This document shows positions 50,657-61,304 of a stretch of DNA of 64,000 bases, piece by piece. The notes under the pieces were generated by a model. That model worked only from the letters and a program-made list of their open reading frames with translations, had not been told where the DNA came from and searched no databases. Source of the DNA: Eledone cirrhosa (Eukaryota); contig OZ024744.1 of assembly GCA_964016885.1 (NCBI GenBank), forward strand, positions 130,758,001-130,822,000, in the 5' to 3' direction. Made by a program: the position numbers and the translations under genes. How positions within the stretch are numbered: the first letter of the stretch is position 1; each line of letters starts with the position of its first letter.

Positions 50657-51673
50657 GGGGTTTATTTAAGTTGGGGTTAAGTTAAGTTGGGGTTCAGTTA
50701 AGTTGGGGTTCAGTTAAGTTGGGGTTAAGTTAAGTTGGGGTTAAGATGGGGTTAAATTAAGTTGGGGTTAAGTTAAGTTGGGGTTAAGTTAAGTTGGGGT
50801 TAAGTTAAGTCGGGGTTAAGTTAAGTTGGGGTTAAGATGGGGTTAAATTAAGTTGGGGTTAAGTTAAGTTGGGGTTCAGTTAAGTTGGGGTTAAGTTAAG
50901 TCGGGGTTAAGTTAAGTCGGGGTTAAGTTAAGTTAGGGTTCAGTTAAGTTGGGGTTAAGTTAAGTTGGGGTTGAGTTAAGTTGGGGTTGAGTTAAGTTGG
51001 GGTTAAGTTAAGTTGGGGTTAAGTTAAGTTGCAGTTAAGTTAAGTTGAGGTTAAGTTAAGGTGCGGTTAAGTTAAGTTGGGGTTAAGTTAAGTTGGGGCT
51101 AAGTTAAGTTGGGGCTAAGTTAAGTTGGGGCTAAGTTAAGTTGGGGTTAAGTTAAGTCGGGGTTAAGTTAAGTTGGGGTTAATTTAAGTTGGGGTTGAGT
51201 TAAGTTGGGGTTAAGTTAAGTTGGGGTTAAGTTAAGTTGGGGTTGAGTTAAGTTGGGTTTAAGTTAAGTTGGGGTTAAGTTAAGTTGGGGCTAAGTTAAG
51301 TTGGGGCTAAGTTAAGTTGGGGCTAAGTTAAGTTGGGGTTAAGTTAAGTCGGGGTTAAGTTAAGTTGGGGTTGAGTTAAGTTGGGTTTAAGTTAAGTTGG
51401 GGTTAAGTTAAGTTGGGGTTAATTTAAGTTGGGGTTGAGTTAAGTTGGGGTTAAGTTAAGTTGGGGTTAAGTTAAGTTGGGGTTGAGTTAAGTTGGGTTT
51501 AAGTTAAGTTGGGGTTAAGTTAAGTTGGGGTCAAGTTAAGTTGGGGTTAAGTTAAGTTGGTTAGTTAAGTTGAGTTTAAGTTAAGTTGGGGTTAATTTAA
51601 GTTGGGGTTAAGTTAAGTTGGGGTTAAGTTAAGTTGGGGTTAAGTTAAGTTGGGGTTAAGTTAAGTTGGGGTT

Positions 51674-51873
51674 AACCCCAACTTAACTTAACCCCAACTT
51701 CACTCAACCCCAACGTAACTCAACCCCAACTTAACTTAACCCCAACTTCACTCAACCCCAACTTAACTTAACCCCAACTTCACTCAACACCAACTTAAGT
51801 CAACCCCAACTTAACTTAACCCCAACTTGACTTAACCCCAACTTAAATTAGCCCCAACTTAACTTAAGCCCAA
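51674..51873 (-). repeat. Inverted satellite cassette, type B (200 bp)
   Basis: AACACCAACTTAAGTC signature. Confidence 0.97.
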
Positions 51874-53140
51874 AATCGGGGTTAAGTTAAGTTGGCGTTA
51901 TGTTAAGTCAGGCTTAACTTAAGTTGGAGTTCAGTTAAGTTGGGGGTAAGTTAAGTTGGGGGTAAGTTAAGTTGGGGTTAAGTTAAGTTGCAGTTAAGTT
52001 GGTGTTAAGTTAAGTTAGGGTTAAGTTAAGTTGGGGTTGAGTTAAGTTGGGGTTAATTAAGTGGTGGTTATGTTAAGTTGGGGTTAATTTAAATTGGGGT
52101 TAAGTTAACTTTGTGGTTAAGTTAAGTTGGGGTTAAGTTAAGTTGGGGTTAAGTTGGGGTTGAGTTAAGTTGGGGTTGAGTGAAGTTGGGGTTAAGTTAA
52201 GTTGGGGTAAAGTTAAGTTGGGGTTAAGTTAAGTCGGGGTTAAGTTAAGTTGAGGTTAAGTTAAGTTGGGGTTAAATTAAGTTGGGGTTAAGTTAAGTTG
52301 GGGTTAAGTTAAGTTGGGGTTAAGTTAAGTTGGGGATAAGTTAAGTTGGGGATAATTTAAGTTGGGGTTAAGTTAAGTTGGGTTTAAGTTAAGTTGGGGT
52401 TAAGTTAAGTTGGGGTTAAGTTAAGTTGGGGTTAAGTTAAGTTGGGGTTAAGTTAAGTTGGGGCTAAGTTAAGTTGGGGCTGAGTTAAGTTGGGGTTAAG
52501 TTAAATTGGGGTTAAGTTAAGTTGGGGTTAAGTTAAGTTGGGGTTAAGTTAAGTTGGGGTTTATTTAAGTTGGGGTTAAGTTAAGTTGGGGTTCAGTTAA
52601 GTTGGGGTTCAGTTAAGTTGGGGTTAAGTTAAGTTGGGGTTAAGATGGGGTTAAATTAAGTTGGGGTTAAGTTAAGTTGGGGGTAAGTTAAGTTGGGGTT
52701 AAGTTAAGTCGGGGTTAAGTTAAGTTGGGGTTAAGATGGGGTTAAATTAAGTTGGGGTTAAGTTAAGTTGGGGTTCAGTTAAGTTGGGGTTAAGTTAAGT
52801 CGGGGTTAAGTTAAGTCGGGGTTAAGTTAAGTTAGGGTTCAGTTAAGTTGGGGTTAAGTTAAGTTGGGGTTGAGTTAAGTTGGGGTTGAGTTAAGTTGGG
52901 GTTAAGTTAAGATGGGGTTAAGTTAAGTTGCAGTTAAGTTAAGTTGAGGTTAAGTTAAGGTGCGGTTAAGTTAAGTTGGGGTTAAGTTAAGTTGGGGTCA
53001 AGTTAAGTTGGGGTTAAGTTAAGTTGGTTAGTTAAGTTGAGTTTAAGTTAAGTTGGGGTTAATTTAAGTTGGGGTTAAGTTAAGTTGGGGTTAAGTTAAG
53101 TTGGGGTTAAGTTAAGTTGGGGTTAAGTTAAGTTGGGGTT

Positions 53141-53340
53141 AACCCCAACTTAACTTAACCCCAACTTCACTCAACCCCAACGTAACTCAACCCCAACTTA
53201 ACTTAACCCCAACTTCACTCAACCCCAACTTAACTTAACCCCAACTTCACTCAACACCAACTTAAGTCAACCCCAACTTAACTTAACCCCAAATTGACTT
53301 AACCCCAACTTAAATTAGCCCCAACTTAACTTAAGCCCAA
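53141..53340 (-). repeat. Inverted satellite cassette, type B, AAATTGAC variant
   Basis: Type B with a C>A change shared only with the 61105 copy. Confidence 0.97.
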
Positions 53341-56300
53341 AATCGGGGTTAAGTTAAGTTGGCGTTATGTTAAGTCAGGCTTAACTTAAGTTGGGGTTCA
53401 GTTAAGTTGGGGGTAAGTTAAGTTGGGGGTAAGTTAAGTTGGGGTTAAGTTAAGTTGCAGTTAAGTTGGGGTTAAGTTAAGTTAGGGTTAAGTTAAGTTG
53501 GGGTTGAGTTAAGTTGGGGTTAATTAAGTGGTGGTTATGTTAAGTTGGGGTTAATTTAAATTGGGGTTAAGTTAACTTTGTGGTTAAGTTAAGTTGGGGT
53601 TAAGTTAAGTTGGGGTTAAGTTGGGGTTGAGTTAAGTTGGGGTTGAGTGAAGTTGGGGTTAAGTTAAGTTGGGGTAAAGTTAAGTTGGGGTTAAGTTAAG
53701 TCGGGGTTAAGTTAAGTTGTGGTTGAGTTAAGTTGGGGTTAATTTAAGTTGGGGCTAAGTTAATTTGTGGTTAAGTTAAGTTGGGCTTAAGTTAAGTTGG
53801 GGTTAAGTTAAGTTGGGGTTGAGTTAAGTTGGGGTTGAGGTAAGTTGGGGTTAAGTTAAGTTGGGGTCAAGTTAAGTTGGGGTTAAGTTGGGGTTAAGTT
53901 AAGTTAGGTTTAAGTTAAGTTGGGGTTAAGTTAAGTTGGGGTTAAGTTAAGTTGGGGTTAAGTTAAGTTGGGGTTAAGTTAAGTTGGGGTTAAGTTAAGT
54001 CGGGGTTAAGTTAAGTTGGGGTTAAGTTAAGTTGGGGTTAATTTAAGTTGGGGTTAAATTAAGTTGGGGTTAAGTTAAGTTGGGGTTAAGTTAAGTTGGG
54101 GTTAAGTTAAGTTGGGGTTAAATTAAGTTGGGGTTAAGTTAAGTTGGGGTTAAGTTAAGTTGGTGTTAAGTTAAGTTGGGGCTAAGTTAAGTTGGGGCTG
54201 AGTTAAGTTGGGGCTGAGTTAAGTTGGGGCTAAGTTAAGTTGGGTTTGAGTTAAGTTGGGGTTAAGTTGGGGTTAAGTTAAGTTAGGTTTAAGTTAAGTT
54301 GGGGTTAAGTTAAGTTGGGGTTAAGTTAAGTTGGGGTTAAGTTAAGTTGGGGCTAAGTTAAGTTGGGGCTAAGTTACGTTGGGGTTAAGTTAAGTTGGGG
54401 TTAAGTTAAGTCGGGGTTAAGTTAAGTTGGGGTTAAGTTAAGTTGGGGTTAATTTAAGTTGGGGTTAAGTTAATTTGGGGTTAAGTTAAGTTGGGGTTAA
54501 GTTAAGTTGGGGTTAAGTTAAGTCGGGGTTAATTTAAGTCGGGGTTAAGTTAAGTTAGGGTTCAGTTAAGTTGGGGTTAAGTTAAGTTGGGGTTGAGTTA
54601 AGTTGGGGTTGAGTTAAATTGGGGTTGAGTTAAGTTGGGGTTGAGTTAAGTTGGTGTTGAGTTAAGTTGGGGTTAAGTTAAGTTGGGGTTAAGTTAAGTT
54701 GCAGTTAAGTTAAGTTGAGGTTAAGTTAAGGTGGGGTTAAGTTAAGTCGGGGTTAAGTTAAGTTGTGGTTGAGTTAAGTTGGGGCTGAGTTAAGTTGGGG
54801 CTAAGTTAAGTTGGGGTTGAGTTAAGTTGGGGTTAAGTTGGGGTTAAGTTAAGTCGGGGTTAAGTTAAGTTGTGGTTGAGTTAAGTTGGGGTTAATTTAA
54901 GTTGGGGCTAAGTTAATTTGTGGTTAAGTTAAGTTGGGGTTAAGTTAAGTTGGGGTTAAGTTAAGTTGGGGTTGAGTTAAGTTGGGGTTGAGTTAAGTTG
55001 GGGTTAAGTTAAGTTGGGGTCAAGTTAAGTTGGGGTTAAGTTGGGGTTAAGTTAAGTTAGGTTTAAGTTAAGTTGGGGTTAAGTTAAGTTGGGGTTAAGT
55101 TAAGTTGGGGTTAAGTTAAGTTGGGGTTAAGTTAAGTTGGGGTTAAGTTAATTTGTGGTTAAGTTAAGTTGGGGTTAAGTTAAGTTGGGGTTAAGTTAAG
55201 TCGGGGTTAAGTTAAGTTGGGGTTAAGTTAAGTTGGGGTTAATTTAAGTTGGGGTTAAGTTAAGTTGGGGTTAAATTAAGTTGGGGTTAAGTTAAGTTGG
55301 GGTTAAGTTAAGTTGGTGTTAAGTTAAGTTGGGGCTAAGTTAAGTTGGGGCTGAGTTAAGTTGGGGCTGAGTTAAGTTGGGGCTAAGTTAAGTTGGGGTT
55401 GAGTTAAGTTGGGGTTAAGTTGGGGTTAAGTTAAGTTAGGTTTAAGTTAAGTTGGGGTTAAGTTAAGTTGGGGTTAAGTTAAGTTGGGGTTAAGTTAAGT
55501 TGGGGTTAAGTTAAGTTGGGGTTAAGTTAAGTCGGGGTTAAATTAAGTTGGGGTTAAGTTAAGTTGGGGTTAATTTAAGTTGGGGTTAAGTTATGTTGGG
55601 GTTAAGTTAATTGGGGTTAAGTTAAGTTGGGGATAATTTAAGTTGGGGTTAAGTTAAGTTGGGTTTAAGTTAAGTTGGGGTTAAGTTAAGTTGGGGCTAA
55701 GTTAAGTTGGGGCTAAGTTAAGTTGGGGTTAAGTTAAGTTGGGGTTAAGTTAAGTCGGGGTTAAGTTAAGTTGGGGTTAAGTTAAGTTGGGGTTAATTTA
55801 AGTTGGGGTTGAGTTAAGTTGGTGTTGAGTTAAGTTGGGGTTAAGTTAAGTTGGGGTTAAGTTAAGTTGCAGTTAAGTTAAGTTGGGGTTAAGTTAATTT
55901 GGGGTTGAGTTAATTCGGGGTTAAGTTAAGTTGGGGTCAAGTTAAGTTGGGGTTAAGTTGGGGTTAAGTTAAGTTAGGTTTAAGTTAAGTTGGGGTTAAG
56001 TTAAGTTGGGGTTAAGTTAAGTTGGGGTTAAGTTAAGTTGGGGTTAAGTTAAGTCGGGGTTAAGTTAAGTTGGGGTTAAGTTAAGTTGGGGTTAAGTTAA
56101 GTTGGGGTTAAGTTAAGTTGGGGTTAAATTAAGTTGGGGTTAAGTTAAGTTGAGGTTAAGTTAAGTTGGGGTTAAATTAAGTTGGGGTTAAGTTAAGTTG
56201 GGGTTAAGTTAAGTTGGGGTTAAGTTAAGTTGGGGATAAGTTAAGTTGGGGATAATTTAAGTTGGGGTTAAGTTAAGTTGGGTTTAAGTTAAGTTGGGGT

Positions 56301-57902
56301 TAAGTTAAGTTGGGGTTAATTTAAGTTGGGGTTAAGTTAAGTTGGGGTTAAGTTAAGTTGGGGTTAAGTTAAGTTGGGGTTAAGTTAAGTTGGGGTTAAG
56401 TTAAGTTGGGGTTAAGTTAAGTTGGGGTTAAGTTAAGTTGAGGTTAAGTTAAGTTGGGGTTAAATTAAGTTGGGGTTAAGTTAAGTTGGGGTTAAGTTAA
56501 GTTGGGGTTAAGTTAAGTTGGGGATAAGTTAAGTTGGGGATAATTTAAGTTGGGGTTAAGTTAAGTTGGGTTTAAGTTAAGTTGGGGTTAAGTTAAGTTG
56601 GGGTTAATTTAAGTTGGGGTTAAGTTAAGTTGGGGCTAAGTTAAGTTGGGGCTGAGTTAAGTTGGGGTTAAGTTAAGTTGGGGTTAAGTTAAGTTGGGGT
56701 TAATTTAAGTTGGGGTTTATTTAAGTTGGGGTTAAGTTAAGTTGGGGTTCAGTTAAGTTGGGGTTAAGTTAAGTTGGTGTTAAGATGGGGTTAAATTAAG
56801 TTGGGGTTAAGTTAAGTTGGGGTTAAGTTAAGTTGGGGTTAAGTTAAGTTGGGGTTAAGTTAAGTCGGGGTTAAGTTAAGTCGGGGTTAAGTTAAGTTAG
56901 GGTTCAGTTAATTGGGGTTAAGTTAAGTTGGGGTTGAGTTAAGTTGGGGTTGAGTTAAATTGGGGTTGAGTTAAGTTGGGGTTGAGTTAAGTTGGTGTTG
57001 AGTTAAGTTGGGGTTAAGTTAAGTTGGGGTTAAATTAAGTTGGGGTTAAATTAAGTTGGGGTTAAGTTAAGTTGGGGGTAAGTTAAGTTGGGGGCAAGTT
57101 AAGTTGGGGTTAATTTAAGTTGGGGTTAAATTAAGTTGGGGTTACGTTAAGTTGGTGCTAAGTTAAGTTGGGGTTAATTTAAGTTGGGGTTAATTAAGTT
57201 GGGGTTAAGTTAAGTTGGGGTTAAGTTAAGTTGGGGTTAATTTAAGTTGGGGTTGAGTTAAGTTGGGGTTAAGTTAATTTGGGGTTATATTAAGTTGGGG
57301 TTAAGTTAAGTTGTGGTTCAGTTAAGTTGGGGTTAAGTTAAGTTGGAGTTAAGTTAAGTTGGTGTTAAGTTAAGTTGGGGCTAAGTTAAGTTGGGGCTGA
57401 GTTAAGTTGGGGCTGAGTTAAGTTGGGGCTAAATTAAGTTGGGGTTGAGTTAAGTTGGGGTTAAGTTGGGGTTAAGTTAAGTTAGGTTTAAGTTAAGTTG
57501 GGGTTAAGTTAAGTTGGGGTTAAGTTAAGTTGGGGTTAAGTTAAGTTGGGGTTAAGTTAAGTTGGGGTTAAGTTAAGTTGGGGTTAAGTTAATTTGTGGT
57601 TAAGTTAAGTTGTGGTTAAGTTAAGTTGGGGTTAAGTTAAGTTGGGGTTAATTTAAGTTGGGGTTAAGTTAAGTTGGGGTTAAGTTAAGTTGGGGTTAAG
57701 TTAAGTTGGGGTTAAGTTAAGTTGGGGATAATTTAAGTTGGGGTTAAGTTAAGTTTGAGTTTAAGTTAAGTTGGGGTTAAGTTAAGTTGGTTAGTTAAGT
57801 TGAGTTTAAGTTAAGTTGGGGTTAATTTAAGTTGGGTTAAGTTAAGTTGGGGTTAAGTTAAGTTGGGGTTAAGTTAAGTTGGGGTTAAGTTAAGTTGGGG
57901 TT

Positions 57903-58077
57903 AACCCCAACTTAACTTAACCCCAACTTCACTCAACCCCAACGTAACTCAACCCCAACTTAACTTAACCCCAACTTCACTCAACCCCAACTTAACTTAA
58001 CCCCAACTTCACTCAACCCCAACTTCCAACTTGACTTAACCCCAACTTAACTTAGCCCCAACTTAACTTAAGCCCAA
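57903..58077 (-). repeat. Inverted satellite cassette, type A (A1 context)
   Basis: 7,964 bp after the 49939 copy. Confidence 0.97.
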
Positions 58078-59637
58078 AGTCGGGGTTAAGTTAAGTTGGC
58101 GTTAAGTTAAGTTGGCGTTAAGTTAAGTTAGGCTTAACTTAAGTTGGGGTTCAGTTAAGTTGGGGGTAAGTTAAGTTGGGGTTCAGTTAAGTTAGGGTTA
58201 AGTTAAGTTGGGGTTGAGTAAAGTTGGGGTTAATTAAGTGGTGGTTATGTTAAGTTGGGGTTAAGTTAAGTTGGGGTTAATTTAAATTGGGGTTAAGTTA
58301 ACTTTGTGGTTAAGTTAAGTTGGGGTTAAGTTAAGTTGGGGTAAAGTTGGGGTTGAGTTAAGTTGGGGTTGAGTGAAGTTGGGGTTAAGTTAAGTTGGGG
58401 TTAAGTTAAGTTGGGGTTAAGATAAGTCGGGGTTAAGTTAAGTTGTGGTTGCGTTAAGTTGGGGTTAATTTAAGTTGGGGCTAAGTTAATTTGTGGTTAA
58501 GTTAAGTTGGGGTTAAGTTAAGTTGGGGTTAAGTTAAGTTGGGGTTGAGTTAAGTTGGGGCTGAGTTAATTTGGGTTTAAGTTAAGTTGGGGTTAAGTTA
58601 AGTTGGGGTTAAGTTAAGTTGGGGTTTATTTAAGTTGGGGTTAAGTTAAGTTGGGGTTCAGTTAAGTTGGGGTTCAGTTAAGTTGGGGTTAAGTTAAGTT
58701 GGGGTTAAGATGGGGTTAAATTAAGTTGGGGTTAAGTTAAGTTGGGGTTAAGTTAAGTTGGGGTTAAGTTAAGTCGGGGTTAAGTTAAGTTGGGGTTAAG
58801 ATGGGGTTAAATTAAGTTGGGGTTAAGTTAAGTTGGGGTTCAGTTAAGTTGGGGTTAAGTTAAGTCGGGGTTAAGTTAAGTCGGGGTTAAGTTAAGTTAG
58901 GGTTCAGTTAAGTTGGGGTTAAGTTAAGTTGGGGTTGAGTTAAGTTGGGGTTGAGTTAAGTTGGGGTTAAGTTAAGTTGGGGTTAAGTTAAGTTGCAGTT
59001 AAGTTAAGTTGAGGTTAAGTTAAGGTGCGGTTAAGTTAAGTTGGGGTTAAGTTAAGTTGGGGCTAAGTTAAGTTGGGGCTAAGTTAAGTTGGGGCTAAGT
59101 TAAGTTGGGGTTAAGTTAAGTCGGGGTTAAGTTAAGTTGGGGTTAATTTAAGTTGGGGTTGAGTTAAGTTGGGGTTAAGTTAAGTTGGGGTTAAGTTAAG
59201 TTGGGGTTGAGTTAAGTTGGGTTTAAGTTAAGTTGGGGTTAAGTTAAGTTGGGGCTAAGTTAAGTTGGGGCTAAGTTAAGTTGGGGCTAAGTTAAGTTGG
59301 GGTTAAGTTAAGTCGGGGTTAAGTTAAGTTGGGGTTGAGTTAAGTTGGGTTTAAGTTAAGTTGGGGTTAAGTTAAGTTGGGGTTAATTTAAGTTGGGGTT
59401 GAGTTAAGTTGGGGTTAAGTTAAGTTGGGGTTAAGTTAAGTTGGGGTTGAGTTAAGTTGGGTTTAAGTTAAGTTGGGGTTAAGTTAAGTTGGGGTCAAGT
59501 TAAGTTGGGGTTAAGTTAAGTTGGTTAGTTAAGTTGAGTTTAAGTTAAGTTGGGGTTAATTTAAGTTGGGGTTAAGTTAAGTTGGGGTTAAGTTAAGTTG
59601 GGGTTAAGTTAAGTTGGGGTTAAGTTAAGTTGGGGTT

Positions 59638-59837
59638 AACCCCAACTTAACTTAACCCCAACTTCACTCAACCCCAACGTAACTCAACCCCAACTTAACT
59701 TAACCCCAACTTCACTCAACCCCAACTTAACTTAACCCCAACTTCACTCAACACCAACTTAAGTCAACCCCAACTTAACTTAACCCCAACTTGACTTAAC
59801 CCCAACTTAAATTAGCCCCAACTTAACTTAAGCCCAA
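59638..59837 (-). repeat. Inverted satellite cassette, type B (200 bp)
   Basis: 7,964 bp after the 51674 copy. Confidence 0.97.
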
Positions 59838-61104
59838 AATCGGGGTTAAGTTAAGTTGGCGTTATGTTAAGTCAGGCTTAACTTAAGTTGGGGTTCAGTT
59901 AAGTTGGGGGTAAGTTAAGTTGGGGGTAAGTTAAGTTGGGGTTAAGTTAAGTTGCAGTTAAGTTGGTGTTAAGTTAAGTTAGGGTTAAGTTAAGTTGGGG
60001 TTGAGTTAAGTTGGGGTTAATTAAGTGGTGGTTATGTTAAGTTGGGGTTAATTTAAATTGGGGTTAAGTTAACTTTGTGGTTAAGTTAAGTTGGGGTTAA
60101 GTTAAGTTGGGGTTAAGTTGGGGTTGAGTTAAGTTGGGGTTGAGTGAAGTTGGGGTTAAGTTAAGTTGGGGTAAAGTTAAGTTGGGGTTAAGTTAAGTCG
60201 GGGTTAAGTTAAGTTGAGGTTAAGTTAAGTTGGGGTTAAATTAAGTTGGGGTTAAGTTAAGTTGGGGTTAAGTTAAGTTGGGGTTAAGTTAAGTTGGGGA
60301 TAAGTTAAGTTGGGGATAATTTAAGTTGGGGTTAAGTTAAGTTGGGTTTAAGTTAAGTTGGGGTTAAGTTAAGTTGGGGTTAAGTTAAGTTGGGGTTAAG
60401 TTAAGTTGGGGTTAAGTTAAGTTGGGGCTAAGTTAAGTTGGGGCTGAGTTAAGTTGGGGTTAAGTTAAATTGGGGTTAAGTTAAGTTGGGGTTAAGTTAA
60501 GTTGGGGTTAAGTTAAGTTGGGGTTTATTTAAGTTGGGGTTAAGTTAAGTTGGGGTTCAGTTAAGTTGGGGTTCAGTTAAGTTGGGGTTAAGTTAAGTTG
60601 GGGTTAAGATGGGGTTAAATTAAGTTGGGGTTAAGTTAAGTTGGGGGTAAGTTAAGTTGGGGTTAAGTTAAGTCGGGGTTAAGTTAAGTTGGGGTTAAGA
60701 TGGGGTTAAATTAAGTTGGGGTTAAGTTAAGTTGGGGTTCAGTTAAGTTGGGGTTAAGTTAAGTCGGGGTTAAGTTAAGTCGGGGTTAAGTTAAGTTAGG
60801 GTTGAGTTAAGTTGGGGTTAAGTTAAGTTGGGGTTGAGTTAAGTTGGGGTTGAGTTAAGTTGGGGTTAAGTTAAGATGGGGTTAAGTTAAGTTGCAGTTA
60901 AGTTAAGTTGAGGTTAAGTTAAGGTGCGGTTAAGTTAAGTTGGGGTTAAGTTAAGTTGGGGTCAAGTTAAGTTGGGGTTAAGTTAAGTTGGTTAGTTAAG
61001 TTGAGTTTAAGTTAAGTTGGGGTTAATTTAAGTTGGGGTTAAGTTAAGTTGGGGTTAAGTTAAGTTGGGGTTAAGTTAAGTTGGGGTTAAGTTAAGTTGG
61101 GGTT

Positions 61105-61304
61105 AACCCCAACTTAACTTAACCCCAACTTCACTCAACCCCAACGTAACTCAACCCCAACTTAACTTAACCCCAACTTCACTCAACCCCAACTTAACTT
61201 AACCCCAACTTCACTCAACACCAACTTAAGTCAACCCCAACTTAACTTAACCCCAAATTGACTTAACCCCAACTTAAATTAGCCCCAACTTAACTTAAGC
61301 CCAA
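61105..61304 (-). repeat. Inverted satellite cassette, type B, AAATTGAC variant
   Basis: 7,964 bp after the 53141 copy, same private variant. Confidence 0.97.

Larger units (their letters stand above)
50657..58620 (+). repeat. ~7.98-kb higher-order repeat, copy 3 (7,964 bp; one monomer short near 53.9 kb)
   Basis: Three cassette offsets of 7,964 to the next copy. Lines 54001 onward and 61981 onward read identically at offset 7,980. Confidence 0.9.

Noticed and set aside
842-61304. CRISPR-like array with cassettes as repeats
   Set aside because: There are no unique spacers, the intervening DNA is the same satellite, the sizes are wrong, and there are no cas genes.
842-61304. Cassettes as independent telomere fusions, an active invertible switch, or fold-back read artefacts
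   Set aside because: Identical breakpoints, fixed lengths and shared internal variants indicate one origin. The cassette is not a mirror copy of its adjacent flank, as a chimeric read would be. No recombinase gene or re-inverted copy of the cassette was seen.
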